This document shows, piece after piece, positions 1-9,394 of a stretch of 20,000 bases of DNA (positions are counted from its first letter, which is position 1; each line of letters opens with the position of its first letter). A program made the position numbers and the translations under genes. The stretch lies in IMG/VR virus record IMGVR_UViG_3300044631_002251, one strand, 5' to 3'. The DNA comes from an uncultured virus (IMG/VR IMGVR_UViG_3300044631_002251). Its lineage: Duplodnaviria > Heunggongvirae > Uroviricota > Caudoviricetes. Under the pieces are notes generated by a model that was given only the letters and a program-made list of their open reading frames with translations, ran no database searches and had not been told where the DNA came from.

Positions 1-52
1 TGTCTACACAATCTGCACTGCTTCTCGGTTTTAAAAAGTGTGAATAAAAAAC

Positions 53-78
53 AAATCCTCCGTAACTGGAGGATTTTT
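53..78 (+). terminator. Intrinsic terminator-like hairpin
   Basis: AAATCCTCC-GTAACT-GGAGGATTT followed by T-run; A-run upstream, so possibly bidirectional. Confidence 0.7.
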
Positions 79-79
79 C

Positions 80-108
80 TTGATTTCGCCTCTTCGATGC
101 TGTAAGTT
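80..108 (+). promoter_or_regulatory. Putative sigma70-type promoter
   Basis: TTGATT-17 nt-TAAGTT upstream of ATG at 122. Confidence 0.45.
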
Positions 109-121
109 GGTTTTGAAACGT

Positions 122-793
122 ATGAAATTACTTGATTTATTTTGTTGCGCTGGTGGAGCGAGTATGGGTTATAGCCAAGCTGGATTTGAAGTAACAGGAG
201 TTGATATTAAAGATCAACCAAGTTATCCTTTTAAATTCATTAAGGGAGATGTCATTGAAATCTTGAAAGATAAAGAATTTCTTAATTCTTTTGACGTTAT
301 TCATGCGTCACCTCCTTGTCAGGGATACAGCAACGCTACAAAGCCTGATTCAATTTACGTTCATTATTCTCAAGGCAAAGACACGCCGAAACTAATTGAG
401 CCAGTTCGCAATGCATTAATTAATACTGGTAAATATTATATTATTGAAAACGTCGCTGGTGCGAAAGAATATCTAATTGAACCGTTTAGATTAACTGGTT
501 ATATGTTTAATATGCCAATTGAAAGAACACGATATTTTGAATGTAATTTTCCAGTTGCAGAATTAAAAAATATTACTAAACGTGGATATTCTAAAAAATA
601 TGCAGAAGAGAATGGTATTGATTATCGCGACATGAGCGTTACCGGCAAGAGTCGCCGCAAAGGTTCTATTGACGTTTGGCGCAAGGTTATGGATATGCCT
701 TGGGCAGGTCGTGGTTGGGAGTTGACTGAAGCTATTCCACCTGCTTATACTAAATATATCGGTGAACAAATTTTAAAATATGAAAATAAATAA
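122..793 (+). CDS. DNA (cytosine-5)-methyltransferase
   Basis: Motif I LDLFCCAGG, catalytic motif IV SPPCQ, motif VI IENV; start moved to ATG 122 (MKLLDLF). Confidence 0.88.
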   Translation: MKLLDLFCCAGGASMGYSQAGFEVTGVDIKDQPSYPFKFIKGDVIEILKDKEFLNSFDVIHASPPCQGYSNATKPDSIYVHYSQGKDTPKLIEPVRNALINTGKYYIIENVAGAKEYLIEPFRLTGYMFNMPIERTRYFECNFPVAELKNITKRGYSKKYAEENGIDYRDMSVTGKSRRKGSIDVWRKVMDMPWAGRGWELTEAIPPAYTKYIGEQILKYENK

Positions 794-1331
794 ATTACCA
801 TCTTTAGAATATCTTAAAGAGTGTTTTGTTTTAGAGGGTTCTTTGCCAAGTGGACTTAGATGGTCTGCTAATAGACCTCTTTCTCACTTTAAGAGCGAAG
901 CCCTTTTCAAAAGATGGAAGACAAATAATTCAAATCAACCAGCAGGTTGTATTTTAGGTAATGGATATTATTATTCAAGACTTGATAAAAATAGATATGC
1001 AAATCATCGAATTGTATTTGCTATTTATAATAACAATGTAGATTTTCAAGATAAACAAATAGATCATATAGATGGCAACGTATTAAATAATTCTCCTCAG
1101 AACTTAAGGCTTGTAACAGCATCTCAAAATCAATTCAATCGTAAAAAACAAAAAAATAATTCCAGCGGACATAAAAATATTTCTTTTGTTAAAAAATTAA
1201 ATAAGTATCGCTGTGCTATGCAAATAAATGGTGAAGATATTTATATTGGCTTATTCAATACTGTAGAAGAGGCTATTGTAACAAGAGATTTAAAATTTAA
1301 ACAATTAGCTGGAGAATTTTATAAATCATGA
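780..1331 (+). CDS. HNH endonuclease with C-terminal AP2-like DNA-binding domain
   Basis: HRIVF...IDHIDGNVLNNSPQNLRLVTASQN (HNH_3 type), then SGHKNISF...IYIGLFNTVEEA (AP2-like). Confidence 0.88.
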   Translation: MKINKLPSLEYLKECFVLEGSLPSGLRWSANRPLSHFKSEALFKRWKTNNSNQPAGCILGNGYYYSRLDKNRYANHRIVFAIYNNNVDFQDKQIDHIDGNVLNNSPQNLRLVTASQNQFNRKKQKNNSSGHKNISFVKKLNKYRCAMQINGEDIYIGLFNTVEEAIVTRDLKFKQLAGEFYKS

Positions 1332-1552
1332 AAGCAATCTTAGAATTCAATCTACCTGAAGATCAAAGAAAGTTCGAAATGGCTAATCAGGCTGGTGATA
1401 TGGTAGCTGCTATTGGTCATTTTGAAGATAGACTGCGAAGCTATATAAAATACGGCCACGAATTTAAATCTGCAAATGAAGCTCTTGAATCTATTCGCGC
1501 TCTTTTGCATGAAGAAATCAACCTTAGACGCATAAATATCCATGACTGCTGA
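1328..1552 (+). CDS. Hypothetical phage protein
   Basis: ORF with ATGA overlap, MKAILEFNLPED start. Confidence 0.75.
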   Translation: MKAILEFNLPEDQRKFEMANQAGDMVAAIGHFEDRLRSYIKYGHEFKSANEALESIRALLHEEINLRRINIHDC

Positions 1553-1829
1553 TATACAAACAGAAATAGTTAAACTCTCCGAAGAGTGGTATGAACTTAT
1601 TAGCAGCAATCATCATAAAGATAAAGATTGCCATTGGTACATAGAAACTCGCTGGTCTTATGGCGAAAAACCTGAGTACAGAGTCTTTCATAATGGTTAT
1701 GTTACTGATGATATAGAAATAGCTTGCGACTCTTATGAAACAGCTTTGACAGAATTGCGAACTATTCTTAAACGAGCAATCGAAAGAGAAAAAGAATTAG
1801 AGCAACTACCAAGTTCCAATGACTGGTAA
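1542..1829 (+). CDS. Hypothetical protein
   Basis: Coupled ORF in gene run. Confidence 0.7.
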   Translation: MTADIQTEIVKLSEEWYELISSNHHKDKDCHWYIETRWSYGEKPEYRVFHNGYVTDDIEIACDSYETALTELRTILKRAIEREKELEQLPSSNDW

Positions 1830-2235
1830 ATCTAAAGGGTTTACTCTTATAGAAATAGTATTGGCGACAGTGATATTATTATCATTGATCACTGCACTTG
1901 TTATTAACTTTGATTCTTTTAATGGAAATAGATATCAAGAAGCGCGAGAGAATTTAAAAACCTTTCTAATAAATAAGCGTCATCAAGCAGCATACCATCA
2001 AAAAGATATTGAATTATCTTTTGATGAAGAATACACTATAAACTCTCTTGAGAATCCAGATGAACTCGCCGCAATAACTAACGATTTAAAAATTATAGAA
2101 TCATCTGCAACAAAAATTGTTTTTTTTCTTGACGGGACGATAGAAGAAAGCTATATTATCACCAGTTCTAATGATGGAAAAGTAACTAATACTTTTCGCA
2201 TAAATGTCATTGGAAAAATAGACTACGACAAGTAA
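1819..2235 (+). CDS. Prepilin-type N-terminal cleavage/methylation domain protein (FimT/GspH-like pseudopilin)
   Basis: KSKG|FTLIEIVL with E at +5, hydrophobic helix, C-terminal IVFFLDG...INVIGKI. Confidence 0.8.
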   Translation: MTGKSKGFTLIEIVLATVILLSLITALVINFDSFNGNRYQEARENLKTFLINKRHQAAYHQKDIELSFDEEYTINSLENPDELAAITNDLKIIESSATKIVFFLDGTIEESYIITSSNDGKVTNTFRINVIGKIDYDK

Positions 2236-2246
2236 AGTTATATTAT

Positions 2247-2621
2247 ATGAGTATGAAATTTACTCGTAAGGGATTCTTTAAATCTATATTCGGCGGTTTT
2301 GTAGCGGCAGCAGCGACTCCATCTCTAATCAAAGCAGAAGAGAATATTCAACCGTCAAAAGATTTTTCACTTAATAATGGTAATCTTGGTATTGGAGGAT
2401 CAGATAACGTTGGATTAGGAACTAGCACACCTAGGACTAAACTCCATGTTGAAGGTATTGTTTTTCATATTAATGATCGAATGCTAGAAATGGCAGGAGA
2501 TGAGAATGGTGATTTTAAAATAAAATGGTTAAATCCGAAAGAAAACGAAACCGTTAACACCATCGTAATTCAAAAACCAAAGGATGATCCGTGGAAGAGA
2601 GAGTTTATTACGATTCGTTAA
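2247..2621 (+). CDS. Putative exported protein with Tat-like signal and a GNVGIGT-type fibre repeat
   Basis: TRKGFFK + hydrophobic stretch + IKA; internal GNLGIG/NVGLGTSTPRTKLHVEG. Confidence 0.6.
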   Translation: MSMKFTRKGFFKSIFGGFVAAAATPSLIKAEENIQPSKDFSLNNGNLGIGGSDNVGLGTSTPRTKLHVEGIVFHINDRMLEMAGDENGDFKIKWLNPKENETVNTIVIQKPKDDPWKREFITIR

Positions 2622-2764
2622 GCACTGAAGAAATTAGTCAGGGCTGGCATTATTGTTATACTTGGAAAGGATTGCTAATTGGCCCCGGAAATCCTAAAAT
2701 GGATAATTGTAAATGCAAGATAGACAAAAGAGCGCATAATACTCTAAAAAAGAAAAATGAATAA
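2591..2764 (+). CDS. Small hypothetical protein (57 aa, not in ORF track)
   Basis: GTG start after AAGGA; MEERVYYDSLSTEEISQGWHYCYTWKGLLIGPGNPKMDNCKC...; fills the gap and overlaps the next ATG. Confidence 0.55.
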   Translation: MEERVYYDSLSTEEISQGWHYCYTWKGLLIGPGNPKMDNCKCKIDKRAHNTLKKKNE

Positions 2765-3674
2765 AGTAGCATATATAATATTAGCTATCAATCAAAAATA
2801 TATAGAAATCGCCGAAATAACTTGTAAAAAACTTTTAGAGTACACTAATTATGATGTTGTTCTTTATTATGCCAACGGAAGCGTTGAATCGCACTGCTCT
2901 CCAAGATTAAAAAAAATAAATTTGTGTAATTTTCATTTTGAATTTGATTATATTAAATTTTGGACTCCATTAAAACCTTTTATTATCATAGAAGCTTTGA
3001 AAAGTTATGATACTGTTATAAGTTTAGACGCAGACATCCAAATAACACCAAATATAAATGAAATAGAAAAGTATCACAACCATGAAAATCCAATTTTTAC
3101 ATCATATTGTGGTGGCCCTATATTTTTAATATGGTATCCACCTAATGGTGATCAAATTTGTATTGACTGGGTTCCAGATGCAGTTAAAAATCACATACCT
3201 TTTGAAAATAAAAATATACCAGTTCTATTTACTGGATTTTGCATTATAAATAAAAAACATGAATTAATTATTGATGAGTGGTATTTTAATTGTAAAAAAA
3301 TTTTAAATTTGACAGATCTTAATGAATTCAATGCTCAGAGTAAAGCGTGTATAAATGAAGAATCTATATTAAATGCGATAATTCGCAAATATGATATAAA
3401 AACAAATCTTAATCCTAGATTCATTACAGCTTGCACAATCGAAGGGGTTTATGAAGCTTTTGATATGTTAAACAAAAAAATACCTTGGAATTCATCTGAT
3501 TTAATTGAAGGGTATGGTTCAATAAAATTCTTATATTCTAAAGAACCAATGAATAATAATTTTAGTATAGTGCCTTCAGACGCTAAACATTTTTGGGGTT
3601 TTCATACTATAAAAGATAAGATAGATGTAATTGAAACTTATAAAATAATAGAAGACTTTTTTAATAAAATTTAA
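2757..3674 (+). CDS. Glycosyltransferase-like protein (GT-A fold)
   Basis: N-terminal beta strand, KPFIIIEAL...VISLDADI (DxD), TGFCII, NEESILN, late His (FH). Confidence 0.65.
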   Translation: MNKVAYIILAINQKYIEIAEITCKKLLEYTNYDVVLYYANGSVESHCSPRLKKINLCNFHFEFDYIKFWTPLKPFIIIEALKSYDTVISLDADIQITPNINEIEKYHNHENPIFTSYCGGPIFLIWYPPNGDQICIDWVPDAVKNHIPFENKNIPVLFTGFCIINKKHELIIDEWYFNCKKILNLTDLNEFNAQSKACINEESILNAIIRKYDIKTNLNPRFITACTIEGVYEAFDMLNKKIPWNSSDLIEGYGSIKFLYSKEPMNNNFSIVPSDAKHFWGFHTIKDKIDVIETYKIIEDFFNKI

Positions 3675-3675
3675 A

Positions 3676-4446
3676 ATGATATTCGATAGTCACAAGAAAA
3701 AAATAGTATTACTTTCTGATCTTCACAATAATATTAAGAAGTTCAATAAGATTATTCAACACGAATCGGCGGACATAAATATTTGTCTTGGCGATTGGTT
3801 TGATAGTTTTTATTTGGATGACAATGATGATTATAAAAAGACCGCTGATTATTTGATGCGATATCTATCCGCGCCAAATAACTATACTCTTTTTGGTAAT
3901 CATGATTTGCATTATCTATTTAATAATCATTATACGATGTGTAGCGGTTATGAAGATAGAAAGTATTTTGCTATCGATGAAATGTTAGGATCTGAACGCA
4001 AAAACATCATTAATAAATTTAAATGGCGTTTTTGGGTTGATGGTATCCTTTGCACTCATGCAGGATTATTTCCTGATTATATAGATCCATCTGTTAAAAA
4101 TAACGATGATCTAAGTTTATTTCTTGTGAAAGAAGTGGAACGTGCAAATATCGCTTTAATAACAGATCAAAATCATTGGTTTTATTATGCTGGCAGAAGC
4201 AGAGGTGGACCTAAAAAAGGTGGCGGAATTGTGTGGTTAGATTTCAAACAAGAGTTTCAGCCTATTGAAGGATTAAAACAAATTGTTGGTCACACTTATC
4301 ATAAAAATGGTAGAGTTAATCCTCACCATTTAGACGGCAACGTGAATCCAGCAGATTGCGATAATCTTTGTATTGACAATGGACTAAATGAGTATATAGT
4401 TATCAGCAACGGTAAGTTAGAAATTAAAAAATTTTTAGATATATGA
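3676..4446 (+). CDS. Calcineurin-like metallophosphoesterase
   Basis: DLH, GDWFD, GNHD, THAG, GHT motifs. Confidence 0.9.
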   Translation: MIFDSHKKKIVLLSDLHNNIKKFNKIIQHESADINICLGDWFDSFYLDDNDDYKKTADYLMRYLSAPNNYTLFGNHDLHYLFNNHYTMCSGYEDRKYFAIDEMLGSERKNIINKFKWRFWVDGILCTHAGLFPDYIDPSVKNNDDLSLFLVKEVERANIALITDQNHWFYYAGRSRGGPKKGGGIVWLDFKQEFQPIEGLKQIVGHTYHKNGRVNPHHLDGNVNPADCDNLCIDNGLNEYIVISNGKLEIKKFLDI

Positions 4447-5132
4447 TTAACGATAAGAATGATAATAAAGTACAGTTAATTGGCTATTACGGTAGCGATC
4501 AAGTTCATGCTTGTTCAGCTTGGACTTCTACAAGTAGAGATTTAAATGAAGATAAGATTAATAGAATTCCTAAACTTCTTAAAATGCTCGCTGATGCAGG
4601 TCATCACACACCTTTTGAAAAATCTTCTCTTCACTTCTTAGTTGATACAGATATTGCTAGTCACATTCATATTATAAAACACCGAGTTGGAACATCTGTT
4701 AATGGCGAATCCGCTCGTTATAAAGAAATTAAAGAAGATAAGTATTTGATTCCTGATGATTGGAAAAATATTGAAGTCACGAATAATCTTGACGTAAATA
4801 GTCAACTTAATTTTCCCGGCAAAAATTGGGCCGATGTGTTAGAAATGTATACGCAAGCTGGCAACAGATTATATCATGCCGCTCTGAAGGATCTTGAGCC
4901 TGTGCTTGGTCGCAAGCGAGCCAAGGAATCTGCTCGTTATTTCAAGACTTATAACTCTCAAATTCAGGCTGATGTTATGTTTAATTGGCGTTCTTTCTAT
5001 CATTTCTTGAGTTTGCGTAACAAGCCTGACGCTCAAAAAGAGATTAGAGAAATTGCCGCCGAGATGTTGCGTCTAGTAAAGAATATTGAAGGTAATCCTT
5101 TTGAGCATACAATCGCCGCATTCGAACTATGA
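4443..5132 (+). CDS. thyX: FAD-dependent thymidylate synthase
   Basis: GHHTPFE, KHR-x7-SARY ThyX motif, NWRSFYHFLSLR...AQKEIR. Confidence 0.93.
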   Translation: MINDKNDNKVQLIGYYGSDQVHACSAWTSTSRDLNEDKINRIPKLLKMLADAGHHTPFEKSSLHFLVDTDIASHIHIIKHRVGTSVNGESARYKEIKEDKYLIPDDWKNIEVTNNLDVNSQLNFPGKNWADVLEMYTQAGNRLYHAALKDLEPVLGRKRAKESARYFKTYNSQIQADVMFNWRSFYHFLSLRNKPDAQKEIREIAAEMLRLVKNIEGNPFEHTIAAFEL

Positions 5133-5512
5133 TAAGTAAATATAATTTATTCCTTGATGACATTCGCATCCCAACCGATGTAACTTGGGCTAATGTACCA
5201 ATCGATCAACATTATTCTGTTGTACGAAACTACAAGGAATTTGTAGATTTAATAACTCTTAGAGGAGTTCCCAAGTTCGTCTGCTACGATCACGATCTAG
5301 CAGATTCTCATTATGGGCATGGATTAAATAACGATGATATTCCTTATGATTCTTATAAAGAAAAGACTGGATATGATTGCGCCAAATGGTTGGTAGCTTA
5401 TTGTTTTTTTGAAAAGAATATCAAACATCCACCATATATTGTGCATAGTTTAAACCCTATCGGTAAAAAGAATATTGAATCTTATATAGAATCCTATAAT
5501 AAAATACTATGA
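5129..5512 (+). CDS. Cyclic-phosphate-processing receiver-like domain protein
   Basis: LFLDDIRIP, DHDL, TGYDCAKWL, HSLNPIGKKNI. Confidence 0.75.
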   Translation: MISKYNLFLDDIRIPTDVTWANVPIDQHYSVVRNYKEFVDLITLRGVPKFVCYDHDLADSHYGHGLNNDDIPYDSYKEKTGYDCAKWLVAYCFFEKNIKHPPYIVHSLNPIGKKNIESYIESYNKIL

Positions 5513-6177
5513 GCTATCAAACTGAATTTGATTTCGAAACGCCAGAACAAAAAGAAAAACGCCTTAAACATTGGCATGATCAAGAAGCCGAATTAAATAA
5601 GTTGTTTCCAGAAGATAATAATTATTATACATATAATAAATATGTAGACAAACTTATTGATCTTCTGCCTTATCGACTTGGATGGGGCTTCAAACATAAT
5701 TGGTGTGAATTGCGTTGGTGGGCAAAGTGCAAATATCAGAAATTTCGCTATGGAGTTTCTGACGATGATGTTTTTTCTTTAGAAACTAATATTGCTAAGT
5801 TTATTGTTCCTCGTTTGCAATATCTTAAAAAGGTGGGCAAAATGGGTATTCCAATGAAATTTTTGCCTAATGACTATACTTCTTTGTCAGAAGAAGATCA
5901 GCGAAAAGCGGAAAAAATCGCCGAAAAAGAAATTGACCGTATCATGGATGAAATTATTTTTGCTTTTGATTATATTATTGATCCTGACAAGTATGCACCT
6001 TTTCCACAATCGTTAACAAAATGGGATCTTAAAGATAGAAACTATTTCAACAGAGAAAAGACTATCGAAGAAAAAGCAGGTTGGGATGAATACATGAAAA
6101 AATGCGAAGAATTGAATGCTCGCAAGAAACAAGGTTTGCTATTATTTGTGGAACACATGGATATTTTGTGGATCTAA
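5509..6177 (+). CDS. Hypothetical phage protein
   Basis: 222-aa coupled ORF. Confidence 0.75.
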   Translation: MSYQTEFDFETPEQKEKRLKHWHDQEAELNKLFPEDNNYYTYNKYVDKLIDLLPYRLGWGFKHNWCELRWWAKCKYQKFRYGVSDDDVFSLETNIAKFIVPRLQYLKKVGKMGIPMKFLPNDYTSLSEEDQRKAEKIAEKEIDRIMDEIIFAFDYIIDPDKYAPFPQSLTKWDLKDRNYFNREKTIEEKAGWDEYMKKCEELNARKKQGLLLFVEHMDILWI

Positions 6178-6516
6178 ATGAAATTATTTTTAGCAATTTT
6201 GTTGCTTAGTTTGGTATATGTAGTTGGTTGGTATCAGATTCATGGACAATTCTTATCCGAATGGTTCAAGAAGTATGAATACTATCTAATATTTATTAGC
6301 GTACCAACTACACTAATATCAATTCGCGCCATCAAATTAATTAACGAACATTTTAATGGTTTGATTTGGCCCAACAGAATATTAACTTTTACTATAGGTA
6401 TAATATTATTTACATTTTTAACTTCTTTTCATTTTGGTGAAAAATTAAGTTTAAAAACGTTGACATTATTATGTCTGTGCGGTATTATAGTTACACTTCA
6501 AGTGATTTGGAAATGA
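6178..6516 (+). CDS. Small multi-pass membrane protein (DMT/SMR-like)
   Basis: Four hydrophobic segments, FGEKLS before the last helix. Confidence 0.7.
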   Translation: MKLFLAILLLSLVYVVGWYQIHGQFLSEWFKKYEYYLIFISVPTTLISIRAIKLINEHFNGLIWPNRILTFTIGIILFTFLTSFHFGEKLSLKTLTLLCLCGIIVTLQVIWK

Positions 6517-6707
6517 AATTTACACCTCAACAAATCGAACTTTTAATCAAGACTCGCGATGAAATTAGAGATCTAACTGAAAAGCAGCATAAGTTATACG
6601 ATAATCTTGTTAAAGAATTAAACGTAACAGTTTATGCCGAAGATTGGTTGTTTGATTACATTTATAATGAGTGCGGCAGCATAGAAGATTTAGAAAATAG
6701 AATATAA
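6513..6707 (+). CDS. Hypothetical protein
   Basis: ATGA overlap start MKFTPQQIE. Confidence 0.7.
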   Translation: MKFTPQQIELLIKTRDEIRDLTEKQHKLYDNLVKELNVTVYAEDWLFDYIYNECGSIEDLENRI

Positions 6708-6759
6708 TTGTTTCATTTATAAAACGGTATACTGTACAGTGTTTTATATAAAAAACGTT

Positions 6760-6945
6760 ATGAATCATCAACCAAATTATTATTTAACTTTAGATCTTCC
6801 AAAAGGTTTTAGTCGCGAGGACGCTGAAAAAATTCAAAAAGATCTTCTTGATTTTCTGGAATCTAAGCGTCATTATGGTGCAAAATACGATGGCAAAAAT
6901 GGAATAACCGTTAAAGTCATCAGTATTTCTACTAATCATGATTGA
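6760..6945 (+). CDS. Hypothetical protein
   Basis: ATG start MNHQPNYY within ORF 6739-6945. Confidence 0.6.
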   Translation: MNHQPNYYLTLDLPKGFSREDAEKIQKDLLDFLESKRHYGAKYDGKNGITVKVISISTNHD

Positions 6946-7108
6946 ACAATCTATAGAACGTCTTCGCGCATACAATAAATGGCGTACCGGAGAAGATGAT
7001 CGCACAATGGATGAAGCTGGTATTCAACCTAGTCAAATTACCGCAGATATCGAAAATGTCTGTGATGAACTCGAAAAACTGATTTCAATGTATGCAAGTC
7101 GTAATTAA
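6938..7108 (+). CDS. Small hypothetical protein (56 aa, not in ORF track)
   Basis: MIEQSIERLRAYNKWRTGEDD...YASRN; fills the gap and overlaps both neighbours. Confidence 0.7.
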   Translation: MIEQSIERLRAYNKWRTGEDDRTMDEAGIQPSQITADIENVCDELEKLISMYASRN

Positions 7109-7385
7109 TACTTCTCATAGTAATTTTGCTATAAGTCGCGATGCTATACTGTATATTCAAAAAAAGATAAAGAGCGTAAAAGCTAAGTCAGAAATAAATG
7201 CTTATGCTTTTGATAATGATAGATGTAATCCTTTACTTGTGGAAGCTGTAGAAAAGCTTGGCAAAAAGGCTAATGGTTTATATACTACTTTAAAGATTAT
7301 TGAAATACCTAATGATATAGGTTGGAAAATAATGTCCGATACTTCTGGCGAATATATTGCTGAAGCGCATCGTACTTGGCGATGA
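7092..7385 (+). CDS. Conserved phage hypothetical protein (paralog of 17215-17562)
   Basis: VVIN..H..F.IS, R.NPLLVEAVEKLG, LKIIEIP, HRTW. Confidence 0.8.
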   Translation: MQVVINTSHSNFAISRDAILYIQKKIKSVKAKSEINAYAFDNDRCNPLLVEAVEKLGKKANGLYTTLKIIEIPNDIGWKIMSDTSGEYIAEAHRTWR

Positions 7386-7778
7386 ATGAAGCCGCGAATA
7401 TTAAAGAGAGCAGTTGAAACTGCTCACGCTCTATGCCCTACTAATTGGAAGAATGTTAATAATTCTCATGTAGCTTTTCTTGTTAAAAAGAACAAGATAG
7501 TAAAAATTGGTTGGAATAGAAAAAGAACTCACCCTGAAATATCTAAACATCCATATCACGATGGATATGTTGGCACTCATGCTGAATTAGATGTCATTTT
7601 AAAATCAGGTCTTGAAGATCTTAACGATCATTCTATGATCGTACTTAGAGTTGATAGAAAAGGACGATTGGCAAACAGTAAACCGTGTCCCGGTTGTTTG
7701 AGTTTGCTTAAGTCTTACAATGTCGAAGAAGTTTTTTATTCAGATAGTGAGGGTAATATTGAAAAATTGTCAAATTAA
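7386..7778 (+). CDS. Zn-dependent cytidine/deoxycytidylate deaminase-like protein
   Basis: HAE ... KPCPGC deaminase motifs. Confidence 0.82.
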   Translation: MKPRILKRAVETAHALCPTNWKNVNNSHVAFLVKKNKIVKIGWNRKRTHPEISKHPYHDGYVGTHAELDVILKSGLEDLNDHSMIVLRVDRKGRLANSKPCPGCLSLLKSYNVEEVFYSDSEGNIEKLSN

Positions 7779-7780
7779 CC

Positions 7781-7808
7781 TTGACTATATCTGAGGCTAG
7801 AATATTAT
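7781..7808 (+). promoter_or_regulatory. Putative sigma70-type promoter
   Basis: TTGACT-16 nt-TATTAT, ATG at 7816. Confidence 0.55.
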
Positions 7809-7815
7809 AACCGTA

Positions 7816-8052
7816 ATGAAGAAAGATTTATATATGAAGAAGCCTAATGAAAATGTAATCATCCAAAGTGATGACCTAAAGTACGATGGAAAGAATATTA
7901 TTATTCCATCTTATTATGATGGCGTTATTTGCGATTATTTGAATCGCGTAGATGTTAAAGGTATGAATGACGCAGATCATCAAGATTATCTAGCATTTCG
8001 CAAATTTTTTGAAACCATTATAGATTATAAAGCTGATAAAGGGGGAAACTAA
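7816..8052 (+). CDS. Hypothetical protein
   Basis: ORF after promoter. Confidence 0.7.
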   Translation: MKKDLYMKKPNENVIIQSDDLKYDGKNIIIPSYYDGVICDYLNRVDVKGMNDADHQDYLAFRKFFETIIDYKADKGGN

Positions 8053-8053
8053 T

Positions 8054-8644
8054 ATGGGAATGTTCGATAGCATAGAATGCAAATGTTGGTTGCCAATGCC
8101 AGATGAACCGAAAGGTTATACTAGTTCGCACGGCTTTCAAACTAAAGATTTTGATTGCGGGTTGGATATTTATATCATCGATGAAAATGGACAACTATCT
8201 ATTGAACGCCGCGAAACAGAATGGATAGAAGGAGATCCAAATGCTAAAAGCTTTTTTGAAAAAGCGGGGTATCCGAAAACTAAAAAGACATGGCTTGAAT
8301 CTGTAAATAAAACTTGCACAGTACAATTTTATGATTATTTCAGTTCTAATAATACTGATTATGATTATTGGATTGTATATGACGCTGTATTTATTGAAGG
8401 TAAAATGAAAGACATTAAGCTAACTACTTTTGAAGCTACACCAAATAGCGAACGCAAAAAAAAGGATATAGAGTTTCATAAAAAAATGCGAGAATGGGAC
8501 GAGTTTAGAAAGACTCGTCGATATAAGTATTTCTTGAATCCATACAATAAGATTCTTAAATTTATTTGCGATAAAGTATACAAAGCTTTGTGCTTTTTAT
8601 CTAGTAGAGTCTGGCGAGTACATAACTTTTTAAGCATTAAATGA
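8054..8644 (+). CDS. Conserved phage hypothetical protein
   Basis: MGMFD.I.C...FQTKD; GGGGGA SD-like site upstream. Confidence 0.8.
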   Translation: MGMFDSIECKCWLPMPDEPKGYTSSHGFQTKDFDCGLDIYIIDENGQLSIERRETEWIEGDPNAKSFFEKAGYPKTKKTWLESVNKTCTVQFYDYFSSNNTDYDYWIVYDAVFIEGKMKDIKLTTFEATPNSERKKKDIEFHKKMREWDEFRKTRRYKYFLNPYNKILKFICDKVYKALCFLSSRVWRVHNFLSIK

Positions 8645-8883
8645 AAGAAGAAAAAGACTCTGAGTTTCTTATTTGCGATTGTTATAGTCATGGGCTTCTT
8701 GTTGAGAAGTTCGATGATGAAGAAGTATGCTTAAGTTTATTTGAAAGAGGATTGAGTGGTAGAACGCTAGGTTGGTCAGAGAGATTAAGATGGTGTTGGC
8801 AGATACTGAGATATGGAAAACCTTGGTCTGACTTTATAATATTAAATACAGAGAATCAGAAAAAGTTAAAAGAATTTTTATGA
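8641..8883 (+). CDS. Hypothetical protein
   Basis: ATGA-coupled ORF with CDC..H. Confidence 0.7.
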   Translation: MKEEKDSEFLICDCYSHGLLVEKFDDEEVCLSLFERGLSGRTLGWSERLRWCWQILRYGKPWSDFIILNTENQKKLKEFL

Positions 8884-9146
8884 AATTCAAGAATTTCGAG
8901 GGTGTAGAATATACAGTTAATTATAATAAACCGCCTACAAGATTTCACGCTTCTGGTTTGTGTGATTCTCCTGATACTGATCATCCTCAAATTCTAGTTG
9001 ATCCAACGTTACTTACTCGCCGTCAACTAAACGTATTGATTGAAGAAGTATTTCATGCTCATTTATTCGATCTTTCCGAAAAGAAAGCTAGAAAGTTTGC
9101 CGCCAATTTAGGCAAACTTGTGTATAATAGATTTATAAAGAAATGA
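8880..9146 (+). CDS. Hypothetical protein, zincin-like fold with degenerate HExxH (EEVFH)
   Basis: GLCD...ILVD...LIEEVFHA...E pattern resembles small phage metallopeptidases. Confidence 0.6.
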   Translation: MKFKNFEGVEYTVNYNKPPTRFHASGLCDSPDTDHPQILVDPTLLTRRQLNVLIEEVFHAHLFDLSEKKARKFAANLGKLVYNRFIKK

Positions 9147-9394
9147 ATCTTAAAGAACTAATAGGGGATGAAGAAAACTTCGATCCCCTTTTTAAATTAC
9201 AGTTTCGTAATCATAACATCATTTGTTTTAATAAAAAATTAATGACTTTAAAGCATCCCTTTGAGTGTGATTCTCAAGATGATTCTTGTCGCAATCATGT
9301 TATTAAGTTCTTAAATGATGAAGGTTATTTAGATCAGTGTGAGGATAAAGTAATTATATTTGATATGTATACTGATCTTTATGATGAAGAATAG
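9143..9394 (+). CDS. Hypothetical protein
   Basis: ATGA-coupled ORF. Confidence 0.7.
   Translation: MNLKELIGDEENFDPLFKLQFRNHNIICFNKKLMTLKHPFECDSQDDSCRNHVIKFLNDEGYLDQCEDKVIIFDMYTDLYDEE

Noticed and set aside
122..1331. Methyltransferase plus HNH as a restriction-modification system
   Set aside because: The HNH has the HNH_3-AP2 layout of free-standing phage homing endonucleases, and orphan methylases are common in phages
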